From positions 192,001 to 256,000 of the forward strand of contig JBKBWQ010000001.1 of the NCBI GenBank assembly GCA_046314355.1: DNA of 64,000 nt, read 5' to 3'. The position numbers and the translations under genes are program-made. Below the pieces are notes generated by a model. That model was not told where the DNA came from. It did no database searches and saw nothing but the letters and a program-made list of their open reading frames with translations. The DNA is from Candidatus Altimarinota bacterium. GTDB lineage: Bacteria > Patescibacteriota > Gracilibacteria > 1-14-2-50-48-13. Positions 52,090-61,783 of the stretch are shown here, in pieces (position 1 is the first letter of the stretch; every line of letters starts with the position of its first letter).

Positions 52090-52971
52090 TTATGATTGTT
52101 TAAAAGTATGAATCTTAAGTTTTGTATTTTTTTGATGAATAAGCAGACCTTTTTTAAAGTAAAATGAAGCTGAAAAATGATTGTCACGCAGGTTAAGAGA
52201 AATAGTTTCTGTATTTATATTAAAATCCTCTGAGTTAATAAGTGTTTCATATAAAGTATAGTCTTCGATTTCCCATATAATGTTACTGGAATCGTTATAT
52301 ATAAGCCCGTATAACTGCTGTTCGAGTTTATCAAAGTATGTTTCAAAGAGAGCATTCTTAAATGCTTCAGGTGTTGAAATATTCTTGGATGTAAGAAAAT
52401 TATGCAGAGATGTACTCATTTCTTTTATAGAATCCGTGCTGTCAAAGTTTGTAATATCGCGCATCGGCTTATATATAGCCTGCGTCTCAAAGGCCATTCT
52501 AATCTGTTTATGACTCTGCAGGTGCTTAAGAGTAGAGAGATTATGATCTCTATCAGCAATTTTTACTAGTAATGCCCGGATATCTTTCATACCTGCCCAA
52601 AGCTGTCTTTCAATTTTATCTTCAAAATACTCTTTAGGATAAAGATAGAAAGACTTTTCATCCTTTGATGCAGCATCAACAATAAATCCCACATTCTCCC
52701 CAAAGTCTTTATAAATTTGTTCCATAGTTACTTCTTCTACATCTTCCACCGTATCATGGAGCATTCCTCCGATTGCTAGATCTAGGTCATGAAATTTTTC
52801 CCAAAGGACTCGTGATACATCTATCACATGTATAACGTATGGATCTCCGGATTTTCGCATCTGTCCTTCATGAGCTTTCTTTGCAAACTCTAAAGCATGG
52901 ATCAGAGAACGTTTTTCCTCTGGAGCAGCGTGTTCGATTGCCAGCAGAAAATTTTTTTCTTCAAGAAGCAT
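52090..52971 (-). CDS. RelA/SpoT-type HD hydrolase (small alarmone hydrolase-like) with C-terminal extension
   Basis: AHEGQMRKSGDPYVIH, LHDTVED, KIADRDHN; no synthetase domain recognised. Confidence 0.85.
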   Translation of the reverse strand: MLLEEKNFLLAIEHAAPEEKRSLIHALEFAKKAHEGQMRKSGDPYVIHVIDVSRVLWEKFHDLDLAIGGMLHDTVEDVEEVTMEQIYKDFGENVGFIVDAASKDEKSFYLYPKEYFEDKIERQLWAGMKDIRALLVKIADRDHNLSTLKHLQSHKQIRMAFETQAIYKPMRDITNFDSTDSIKEMSTSLHNFLTSKNISTPEAFKNALFETYFDKLEQQLYGLIYNDSSNIIWEIEDYTLYETLINSEDFNINTETISLNLRDNHFSASFYFKKGLLIHQKNTKLKIHTFKQS

Positions 52972-53091
52972 AGGAATGAGATTAGATACTGTTTATTTTA
53001 TAGAAAAATATCTCTATTGTCGAGAAGCTATTGTGAAAATGAAAAGATTTACTATAATTTAGATTATCCTATAATCAATTCCATATAGCTG

Positions 53092-55008
53092 ATGATGATC
53101 GTGGAAGCGAAGATAGATTATAATAAAACATTTGAAGAGATTGTCGAAAGACTACTGGAAGCTCTGGCTTATCTTGACGCGCAGGATATACAAGTTGTAA
53201 AAAAGGCAGTAGAAATAGCAAAAGAAGCACATTCTACTCAGGAACGTATGTCTGGTGAGCCTTATATATTTCACCCAATTCGTGTTGCTCTCATCATGAG
53301 CGAATATAAGCTGCCTGCAGTATGTATCATTGCGGGGCTTCTTCATGATACTATTGAAGACGGAGGGTTAACTGAAGATTATTTAGCTGAGCAGTTTTCA
53401 AATGAATGTGCCGAACTTGTGGATGGAGTGACAAAATTTGCTAAGGATAAATTCCGTGAAGCGGAGACTAAAGACAGACAGATTGAATCTATACGAAAAA
53501 TGTTTGAGGTTATGCAGCATAATATTAAGATACCTATTATTAAGCTCTATGACCGTCTTGATAATGCAAGATCCTTTGATATCTTCAGAGAAGATAAAAG
53601 AATCAGACTAGCACAAGAAACTCTACATATTCATGTAAAGCTTGCGGAAGCTTTACTAGTCATACCTATAGCAGAAGAACTTAAAAAGATTTGTTTTGGT
53701 ATTTTATATCCGAAGGAAACACAAATATACCTGACGAATGTAGAATTACGCAAGAAAGCTCTACAGGATACTTGTGATTATCTTCACAAAGAGTTTCCAA
53801 ATTTCAAATTTAAAGTGGATTCAGATCTCTTTGCTGGTGCTTTGATAAACAATAGCGAATCTGTATCATGCGCCCGGGTAAAGGATCTTTTTATATCATG
53901 TATTACATCTACAGAGAAAGAAGCATATCAGATGCTTGATCTTCTACATAAAAATTTTGAATCGTTAAGTATTGTTGAGGATTCATTGTCCAGTCAGATG
54001 AATCAAAAAAAAGAGATTATTACAAAAATTTCTGGAAACGTATTTAAACCATGTTTTATACATATTACAACTGAAGATCTTTATACTCACAATCGTTTAG
54101 GGATTGTTCATGGGATAGCAAAAAATCAGAATTCACTGGTCGATCATGAAACTAAACAATGGATTCCAAATCTAGACCATTTATGCGAATTGAATCAGGA
54201 AAATAGTGAAATCTTCTGGAATGAACTTCATGCTTCGATTCTTTCAAATAATATTACTGTATTTATAGGAAGTAATGAAAGCCATTATGTTGTTACTGGA
54301 AGCAATGTACTTGAGACATTACTGCTTACTCATACTCAAGATATATTTTCCATATCTCATATTTGTATAAATGATAAAACCGGAGCATTCAATACACCCG
54401 TTTCGTCAAAGGATCATATTACTTTTGAAAGAGGAGAGACTTCACTTCTCCATCCTGAGGACGTAATGGGCATTAAAACTTCTCTTGGGCGAAAACTATT
54501 TTATCAGCAGATAAGCGATAGAAAGGAAACTGATAAAATTATATGGGGAAGTGTTATGCTGCGCAGTATATTTATATATGAGTCACTCAGTTCCGAAGAG
54601 AGAGCTTTTCAGAATTGGATAGAAGGATTGATGCTTCATTTTTCAGTATTAGATGTAGCAGAACTATATGAGAAAATTTTTAAAAATACGAAGTATTACG
54701 ATATATTAGTTAAAACGGCCTATGACTACAGACCGGAGATTAATGCGGATGATTATATTTTACTCTGTAGAGTTGATAACAAAGAAAAAGCACTAAGAAC
54801 CGCTGAAAGTATCGATAAATATTATAAACAGCATAGTGCAAGTGTGGAAAAAGTACGTTATCACACTATAGAAAACGGGATTGTAATAGAATTTACAGTG
54901 AATAAGCATCAGACATATACATATGGAGCATTAATTAAGCTACTATTTAGATTTGATCTTGTTGAGTTTTCTTTAGCGCCTTCTTCTTCTGTTTCTTTGC
55001 TAGAATAA
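53092..55008 (+). CDS. Long RelA/SpoT homolog with intact HD domain and degenerate synthetase
   Basis: AHSTQERMSGEPYIFHP, LHDTIED, KLYDRLDN, AQETL; downstream SYNTH/TGS/ACT-sized regions strongly diverged. Confidence 0.82.
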   Translation: MMIVEAKIDYNKTFEEIVERLLEALAYLDAQDIQVVKKAVEIAKEAHSTQERMSGEPYIFHPIRVALIMSEYKLPAVCIIAGLLHDTIEDGGLTEDYLAEQFSNECAELVDGVTKFAKDKFREAETKDRQIESIRKMFEVMQHNIKIPIIKLYDRLDNARSFDIFREDKRIRLAQETLHIHVKLAEALLVIPIAEELKKICFGILYPKETQIYLTNVELRKKALQDTCDYLHKEFPNFKFKVDSDLFAGALINNSESVSCARVKDLFISCITSTEKEAYQMLDLLHKNFESLSIVEDSLSSQMNQKKEIITKISGNVFKPCFIHITTEDLYTHNRLGIVHGIAKNQNSLVDHETKQWIPNLDHLCELNQENSEIFWNELHASILSNNITVFIGSNESHYVVTGSNVLETLLLTHTQDIFSISHICINDKTGAFNTPVSSKDHITFERGETSLLHPEDVMGIKTSLGRKLFYQQISDRKETDKIIWGSVMLRSIFIYESLSSEERAFQNWIEGLMLHFSVLDVAELYEKIFKNTKYYDILVKTAYDYRPEINADDYILLCRVDNKEKALRTAESIDKYYKQHSASVEKVRYHTIENGIVIEFTVNKHQTYTYGALIKLLFRFDLVEFSLAPSSSVSLLE

Positions 55009-56191
55009 CCGGATTTGTATATTCAGGAATGCTCAGACCGTATTTTTCCCATGTTTTTAACTCAATTTGTTTAAGCATGTGTAAATAATGCTCAAATTGT
55101 ACAGATTTTACATGAGAAATTTTTTTGTTAAATATCTGTAAACTTTCTATAAATACTTTGGATAGAAGCATCTTTTCATTCAGAAAATCTCTATCCGAAA
55201 TAAATAACAAAATCAATTTCAGAAGCTGTCTATATTTATAAATTTTGGAATTTCTTTCCGAACCTTCTATGTTATCCTGCTCTTCCTTTGTTCTTAGCTG
55301 AAAATCTATCACCGCAGGATAATATTTAGTACTATTGAATTCCTTCAATGTGTACTCTTTCATTGTAACAAAAAAATCAAGTGACTTGTAAAAGCCACGG
55401 CTATTTCTCGAATTTCTAATTCCGTTCACTGGATCCACATTAGGATCATTAATATCCCATACATGACTCATAAGAGGGATCTGAACAAAAGGGGAGTCCG
55501 GATCATTTAAAAGTAATTCAAGTAGCGTATTAATATCATTGCTTTTTTGAGGTTTAACTCTTAGTCCAAATAAGTCCGCACAAAGAAAAAACGGTTTCCT
55601 TTCAAGTAATCTGTTAATAAACATAGAACTAGGAGTTTTAACACGTCTTTCTATTTGATAGCTACCTTCAAGGCTTTTACTATGTTTTACTAGGAAAGAT
55701 TTCAACTTCGTATCAAACTCATTAAGAATCAATTCTGCACCATATTCAAATTCTCTCATTAATTGAGTAATAGATTCGGTTTTTGAATCAAGTAGAATTG
55801 TATCTAAATCATATATAGAAGGGAGTTTTGAAAAACAATTATAAAAATCCATTTCGGATGTTGAATAGGTATCTTTCTCATCCATCACGTGAATAGTTTT
55901 TGCAAGGTTAACTGTATCTTCGGGAAGATCAACAATAATTTTACTGCTAAATTCATCAATAAAATTATCAATCGGTCTTGAAAGAATGAGGTCATCATCT
56001 CTATAATCTTCATTTACATCTAAAATACCAAATTGGTAAATAGGACCATAAATATTATTTATTGCCGAGAGTATAAAATCTTTATACTTAGTTATCATCT
56101 CTGCCTCTTCTTTACTGGGTTCCTGTTCTTCAGTAAAGGCATAGAAGATTTTATTAAACTCTTCTAGCGCCCATTCTTCATTTCCTGCCAT
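54947..56191 (-). CDS. RelA/SpoT synthetase-like nucleotidyltransferase (SAS-like)
   Basis: RRVKTPSS, DLFGLRV, GFYKSLDF, DFQLRT in the order of Syn1-Syn4 motifs. Confidence 0.68.
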   Translation of the reverse strand: MAGNEEWALEEFNKIFYAFTEEQEPSKEEAEMITKYKDFILSAINNIYGPIYQFGILDVNEDYRDDDLILSRPIDNFIDEFSSKIIVDLPEDTVNLAKTIHVMDEKDTYSTSEMDFYNCFSKLPSIYDLDTILLDSKTESITQLMREFEYGAELILNEFDTKLKSFLVKHSKSLEGSYQIERRVKTPSSMFINRLLERKPFFLCADLFGLRVKPQKSNDINTLLELLLNDPDSPFVQIPLMSHVWDINDPNVDPVNGIRNSRNSRGFYKSLDFFVTMKEYTLKEFNSTKYYPAVIDFQLRTKEEQDNIEGSERNSKIYKYRQLLKLILLFISDRDFLNEKMLLSKVFIESLQIFNKKISHVKSVQFEHYLHMLKQIELKTWEKYGLSIPEYTNPVILAKKQKKKALKKTQQDQI

Positions 56192-56209
56192 TCACGATTG
56201 AATTAAGGT

Positions 56210-56494
56210 TTAGTGATTCTGCAACAGTTCATGTACAAGTGTCAATACTCTATCTGCATAATTAGCGCAATTCACTGGGATTTTATGTGTGCTAATTGCA
56301 AAAGAAAGGGCTTTCTTTACTTCCTTCACATCATTTTTTTCAATAATATTCTCTTCTAACAATGAATCTACAGTTAATTTTACTGTCGAACTAACATGTG
56401 CTTTCCATGCTTCTACACTTGTTAAACCTAAAACATGATTAATGTTTTTCTGTCCCCTGTCAAAACTGTTAAATCCTTCCCGACTTATTTTCAT
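56210..56494 (-). CDS. Small hypothetical protein upstream of the SAS-like gene
   Basis: 94-codon ORF ending 18 nt before the SAS-like ATG on the same strand. Confidence 0.6.
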   Translation of the reverse strand: MKISREGFNSFDRGQKNINHVLGLTSVEAWKAHVSSTVKLTVDSLLEENIIEKNDVKEVKKALSFAISTHKIPVNCANYADRVLTLVHELLQNH

Positions 56495-56629
56495 AGCACA
56501 AATGGATAATTTTTTTATACAATTTACTATTGCTTAGAGTTTGACGTATTTATAAACATTTGTCAATGATTCTACCTAGTACTTTTTACAAACTGAAGCA
56601 AAGTATATTGCTTATGATATATGATTATC

Positions 56630-56706
56630 TGGAGCGAATGACGGGGGTCGAACCCGCAACCTTTGCCTTGGCAAGGCAACGTTCTAGCCAATTGAACTAC
56701 ATCCGC
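56630..56706 (-). tRNA. tRNA-Gly(GCC)
   Basis: GCGGATG...CATTCGC-TCCA; TTGCC-TTGCCAA-GGCAA anticodon arm; GTTCGAC T-loop. Confidence 0.97.
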
Positions 56707-56820
56707 ATTTATTTCCAAGATATTCTAGCAAAAATACACATATACGCAAGAAAAAGTAATAGGAAGTAACAAGTAATTTATAATTAGATAATTATTTTAA
56801 GGTAACTATCTCGTGGTTAT

Positions 56821-58536
56821 TTAGCTTACCGTTAAATCTTCTACTTTTTTATTTGTGAGCCAAGTCTGATATTGTTTCTCCATCAGCTGTTTATCAGCAC
56901 TAGTATGAGTTGGGATCAGTTCATACTCAAAGACAGTAGTAAATTTTGTTGTGTTACTATGAATATTACCTTCACTTTTCGTTCCTGTAAGTGGATATTT
57001 ATATTTTTCTTTTAAATACAAAGTTGCCAAGTATTCTTTACTGTATCTAGATGGTGGTTTCCCCTGACGTTTATCTGTCATATTTTTGATTTGATCCTCG
57101 TTGGCATCATAAACAGCAGTAAGCATTTTTCTATATACTTTGTCAGCCTGAAACTTTGGCCACTTCGCGAGTGTCTTTTTTTCCTCTGGAGTAAAAAGAG
57201 TGTTCGCATTTATATCCACATCATTGGTTTGCTCATTGAGAGTTGTATTTGCCATGAGTTTACCAACTGTGATCTGCTGATAGACTATATTCGTAAGTTT
57301 ATTTTCAGCTTCGTTTAAGTTGAGCACTTTTTCAAAGTGATACACGGGATTGAAATTTTCAAGCTGCTCGACAGCATCATGATCAATATTTTTACTTGTA
57401 TCAGCCATACCTTTCATTTGTTCCAGCATAGGGTTTACTGTACCTTTAAATAACCCTACTAAACCTTTCTCACCATTTGTAGTGAGAAGTGCAATACTGT
57501 CCCACAAGGTAAATTGCCTTAGTCCCTTCATAAGAGTACTATTTTTTATACTGTCCGGAAGAATAAGTGAGATCAGTGAGATAATAACAGCAAGCATTCT
57601 TGCAGGATTTTGTACAAGCATGCTGAAATGATTTAACCCATTATTTACTGTGCGGTATCCTAAAGTACCCGCTACGGCAACCGTACGTTCAAGAGCATTT
57701 TTACCGTTTAGGCTTGCTGGATCTATCTTAAAGTTCTGTACTATTTTCTGACTGTATGTTCCAAGTTCACTACTAGTTGCTAAAGTTACATTTTTGCTGT
57801 CATGAGCTATTTTATATTGGGCAAGAATCTTATCAAGTTCGTATTTTTTAGTATTAATAATGTCAGTTCTTTCTTTAGAATTATTTGGATTGTTTTGAGT
57901 CTGTACACCAAAGCTGCGTATTCCTTCTATTGCGTGGAGTACTTGTTTTTCATAGATCGTAGGTTCTGGTTTACGTTTGATCGCAATTTCTACATCATTT
58001 AATTTGAGCTCTGCTCCAGAGTTGACTCCTTTAAAATCTAGACTGGGAACTGTAGAGAATACAGTAGTAGAGTGATTACCGTCAGAATAGAGCAGGTTAT
58101 TGAGCATAGCAGCTTCAAGCTGAGTCGAGACATGTTCTTTTTTTAGATTTGTCTCCTGTGATATGTCTCGTCGTTTCTCAACGGGTATACCCTGTAGTTC
58201 CTTTGAAACTACATAAGAATTGCTGTAGAGCTTAGTAAGAGTAGCCTGGAGTCTATCTGCAAGTGCTTTAGGAAGAATTTTTTCAGGTACGGAATCTGTG
58301 GCGATTTCGTAGCCGAAGAATTTGCGTTTGATCAGAATATTATGGCGGTTGAGTTCTCGTATATAGTTTTCCAGATGTCTTACCTGATCAGGATACTCTC
58401 TTGCTGCAGTATAGTTATTCGCGAGAGCTTCAAATCTGCTTATATCTATAGCCTTCATAGTATCAAAAGACCTTTCACTGGAAGATGGAAGGACAGGTGC
58501 TTCAACTGTTTTTGTTTCTATTTTATTAGAACTCAT
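56821..58536 (-). CDS. Hypothetical protein with a central hydrophobic segment
   Basis: 571-codon ORF; MLAVIISLISLIL TM. Confidence 0.8.
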   Translation of the reverse strand: MSSNKIETKTVEAPVLPSSSERSFDTMKAIDISRFEALANNYTAAREYPDQVRHLENYIRELNRHNILIKRKFFGYEIATDSVPEKILPKALADRLQATLTKLYSNSYVVSKELQGIPVEKRRDISQETNLKKEHVSTQLEAAMLNNLLYSDGNHSTTVFSTVPSLDFKGVNSGAELKLNDVEIAIKRKPEPTIYEKQVLHAIEGIRSFGVQTQNNPNNSKERTDIINTKKYELDKILAQYKIAHDSKNVTLATSSELGTYSQKIVQNFKIDPASLNGKNALERTVAVAGTLGYRTVNNGLNHFSMLVQNPARMLAVIISLISLILPDSIKNSTLMKGLRQFTLWDSIALLTTNGEKGLVGLFKGTVNPMLEQMKGMADTSKNIDHDAVEQLENFNPVYHFEKVLNLNEAENKLTNIVYQQITVGKLMANTTLNEQTNDVDINANTLFTPEEKKTLAKWPKFQADKVYRKMLTAVYDANEDQIKNMTDKRQGKPPSRYSKEYLATLYLKEKYKYPLTGTKSEGNIHSNTTKFTTVFEYELIPTHTSADKQLMEKQYQTWLTNKKVEDLTVS

Positions 58537-58541
58537 AAAAA

Positions 58542-58838
58542 TTATTTAGGCAGAGTAGTTAATTCTACGATAAGCTCTTCCATTGCTTCAGTGATCTTTT
58601 GATCTCTTTCCGTGTTTTCACTTAAGAGAGAGAGGGCTTTAAACATATCCATGTCATCCATATTCTCGTTGGAAAGTGCCTCCATTTCCTCATCTGAAAG
58701 GGAAGAGAGGATGACACTAAGTACCCGCTGCTCAACAATAGGAGCAATTTTTTCTTTATACTGTGCTTTCTTCTCGTCATCGAGATTGAGTTCCAGACGG
58801 GCGATAATCTCTGCGAGTACGAGGTCGATAATGTCCAT
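58542..58838 (-). CDS. Small acidic hypothetical protein (DUF5663-like)
   Basis: 98 aa, acidic, helical; similar in character to 20356..20655. Confidence 0.65.
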   Translation of the reverse strand: MDIIDLVLAEIIARLELNLDDEKKAQYKEKIAPIVEQRVLSVILSSLSDEEMEALSNENMDDMDMFKALSLLSENTERDQKITEAMEELIVELTTLPK

Positions 58839-58877
58839 GAAGTTGAAGTTGAGAAATAGAGAAAGGTAGAAATAATT

Positions 58878-61643
58878 TTAAGTAGCGGGATCTGTTGTTG
58901 GATCTGGCGTGGTTGTGGGTTTCTTTCTAAATAAGCCTGTTACGCCATCGTAAGTCCATTTACCTGGATAGCGCATCCAAAGGTATAAGGCAGGAGCAGC
59001 GACAAAGGCTGCAATTTTTGCAGGCTTGCTTGTAGCATGCTTTTTTATACTTCCAAAGAAGCCTTTTGTGCTCTTCCAGAATTCACTAGAAGATTTTTGA
59101 TTCTTTTTATAAAGATACGTACCAATAGCTACTGAGATACCAAGGAAGGTAAGAAGTGCTACAAGATTTTCGCGATCATTCTTGAGTGCACTTATCATGC
59201 CGCTTACTTCACTTGCGGCAGCGCCATCAAAGGCGTCACCTCCGCCTGAAGCCATTATACCTGAGAGAATTTTACGTGTATAGATATCTACTTCAAAATC
59301 AGTTAGTGAGTTTGGAAATCCAATAATATCCCAGATATGTCCCTGGAGCCGTACAAATTTCTCTAAAGGCTCTGTAAGTCCTAGGTAGAGAGTATCCTTT
59401 GCTACATCTGTAGTACCTGCGATAGTTTTGACAATCATACCATAACCTTTGTTTGTGGCATTGTTATAGAGGTACCAGTCATCAAAGGCCATGCTGTTCT
59501 CAAAATCAATACCTAATAGTGGGTGTGTACCAAAACCATTGAACCAGTTATTTGGTCCTCCCCATTTACCATCTGCTGTATGCAGTGCAAACTTTCTAAG
59601 CCCTGTGACCGTACTCCAAGGTCCTGTTGGTCCTTCCTTCACTAATACTCCGAGACTTTCTTTAGCCTGCTCTTTTGCAAGCTCTGCAGCAAGCTCAGTT
59701 TTTTCAGCTGGAGTCATTGTATTATACAAATCCTGAAGCTTTGCTTTACCCTCCGCGATGTCTGCAGCAGTTAATGTACGGTTTTCGTATTCTTTCAGGA
59801 TCGCGTTTACTGCATTCATATTCTGAGGTAGTTTTCCTGTCACAACATCTGTGAGATCTGGAGCTCCTCCAAGCGCAGGATCGAGCTTAGGTGCTATTGG
59901 TGTATTATTCACTGAAGATACTTTATCCTCTACAGCAGCTTTGAATACTCCGCTGTCTGTATGAGTATCAGTAGTCTGAGAGAGTGTGGAAGTAACTGGT
60001 TGATGAGCGACTGATCCAACATCCGTTTTTAAAGGCTGAACAATAGCTTTTACGTGATCTCCTGTATATTCTTTTACCGCCCACATACCTAAATGACCTG
60101 CCATATATCCAGTCCCAAATAAGAGGGAGGAAGTTGCAAGGGATTTTGTAACATGCCATCTTCTATCCTTATCTTCTACCTGCTTAAAGTCTACTTTATC
60201 AATGAGGTTCTGATCAACAAGCTCACTATCTTTACTGATATGATCAATATTTGCAGAGAGCAGCTCTGTTCTTTCTTTTGCTGTTTTTGCAAAGCTTAAG
60301 ATTGTCTTTTTCTCTGGAGAGGTCTTTTTGCTTTTTTCATAAATTCTTTTAAATACAGTATTTTTTAACTCTCCAACGTAGCCAAGATATACCGGATTGA
60401 TATGTTTACTAGTATCATTTATCATAATCTGCTGCCACTCAGAAATAGCACTATATATGATATGAAGATCTTTAACTGAAAGTTTACTCTCAATTAAAGT
60501 CTTTATTTCTTCCGGTGAAATAGGATTCTTTAAGAGATCCTTCAATTTTGCAGCTTTTTTTGCATCTTCTGCACGGTTTTCAGGTGTACTGTTTGTAGTC
60601 GCACGTTCTGCGTATGCTTTTGAGAGAGATAATACTATTTGTCTATTAAAGTATGTTGGAGTTCTATTTGCTGCTTCTTGTTTTCCCCAGCCTCTTACAA
60701 GAGATGCTGTAGCAGTAATTGCAAGTAATGCACCTGGAACTATGGCGATTGGTGCAACCGTACTTACAAGCACCTTTGCTGCAATACCAGCTGCAATGTA
60801 TCCGCCGTTCTTAGCGAGGTTCTTTAACTGCAGTTTTCTACTTGCGATAAGGGTACCTTTTTTGTTGATTCGGTGATTCTGATGATGCTCTACCTGAGTC
60901 ATACTATTCAAAATCATATACTGACTTGAGTATGTAGAAAAGAGTAGGTTCTGATCTAACAGATCAATATCAGTAGGTTCTTCCTTTGAAGTACTCTTCA
61001 GATGTCCCATAGCTATCCTTCCAAAGAGTTCTCTCACTGAAGTCTTATCATTGAAATCTTTATAAAGACTTTCATCTATCTTTTTTTCAAGGATATACCT
61101 TATGAGCGCAAAATATTCAGGTGTCGTAGTATCTTTTGCCTCTAGCTTTTCTTTGAGATTTTCATGAATCTCTTTTGCCTCCGGAGTATCTAACGCCTTT
61201 GCAGCTTCAGGCAGTACACCAAGTGTCTTTTTTGCCGAAGCTTCAAGTTTATCATTCTGGTCCTTTAAGAGTTTATTTACATGTTTTTTACTAAAAGTAT
61301 TTACTGCATTATAGTAGATACTTTTTGCTATTCTCTTTGCTCCTGTGCTATTTTCCAGGCGTATTTTCAAAGATTCTTTATTTGCTTCATCAACTTTCAA
61401 TGCATTTTTAGCATTCTCGACGCTAGTTTTCTGTTTTTTTACCTTCTCTTCAAAATTATCACTCATGTCTAAGTCTTCGTCTTCATCGTCGCTCACTTCC
61501 TCATTAATTTCTTCATCATCAAAATTATCCTCATCAAAAGTATCATCAGGAATCTCCTCATCTTCTTTTAGAGGAATGTCTAGAAGCTTTTCATCAAGCT
61601 CCACATCTGCTGTATTGTTTATTGTATTTAGTTTGCTAGGCAT
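58878..61643 (-). CDS. Large hypothetical membrane protein
   Basis: ATG MPSKL start (track TTG 61700); Asp/Glu-rich N-terminus, several TM segments, basic C-tail. Confidence 0.8.
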   Translation of the reverse strand: MPSKLNTINNTADVELDEKLLDIPLKEDEEIPDDTFDEDNFDDEEINEEVSDDEDEDLDMSDNFEEKVKKQKTSVENAKNALKVDEANKESLKIRLENSTGAKRIAKSIYYNAVNTFSKKHVNKLLKDQNDKLEASAKKTLGVLPEAAKALDTPEAKEIHENLKEKLEAKDTTTPEYFALIRYILEKKIDESLYKDFNDKTSVRELFGRIAMGHLKSTSKEEPTDIDLLDQNLLFSTYSSQYMILNSMTQVEHHQNHRINKKGTLIASRKLQLKNLAKNGGYIAAGIAAKVLVSTVAPIAIVPGALLAITATASLVRGWGKQEAANRTPTYFNRQIVLSLSKAYAERATTNSTPENRAEDAKKAAKLKDLLKNPISPEEIKTLIESKLSVKDLHIIYSAISEWQQIMINDTSKHINPVYLGYVGELKNTVFKRIYEKSKKTSPEKKTILSFAKTAKERTELLSANIDHISKDSELVDQNLIDKVDFKQVEDKDRRWHVTKSLATSSLLFGTGYMAGHLGMWAVKEYTGDHVKAIVQPLKTDVGSVAHQPVTSTLSQTTDTHTDSGVFKAAVEDKVSSVNNTPIAPKLDPALGGAPDLTDVVTGKLPQNMNAVNAILKEYENRTLTAADIAEGKAKLQDLYNTMTPAEKTELAAELAKEQAKESLGVLVKEGPTGPWSTVTGLRKFALHTADGKWGGPNNWFNGFGTHPLLGIDFENSMAFDDWYLYNNATNKGYGMIVKTIAGTTDVAKDTLYLGLTEPLEKFVRLQGHIWDIIGFPNSLTDFEVDIYTRKILSGIMASGGGDAFDGAAASEVSGMISALKNDRENLVALLTFLGISVAIGTYLYKKNQKSSSEFWKSTKGFFGSIKKHATSKPAKIAAFVAAPALYLWMRYPGKWTYDGVTGLFRKKPTTTPDPTTDPAT

Positions 61644-61744
61644 ACCAGAGAAATATAGTGATATCAAAGTAGTATAACACACTACGCCTTCTTTGAGCAA
61701 TCGGTGGACTTGAAGGAAGGGAGGAATTATGTTCTCGGGAAAAC

Positions 61745-61778
61745 AAAAAAACCTCCTGGAATTCCAGGAGGTTTTTTT
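61745..61778. terminator. Intrinsic terminator (perfect palindrome)
   Basis: AAAAAAACCTCCTGGAATTCCAGGAGGTTTTTTT just past the stop of the 61784 ORF. Confidence 0.85.
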
Positions 61779-61783
61779 GAACC

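Noticed and set aside
51110-56706. Integrative element or prophage at tRNA-Gly
   Set aside because: No integrase and no duplicated tRNA 3' end found in the window, so mobility of the RSH cluster is unproven
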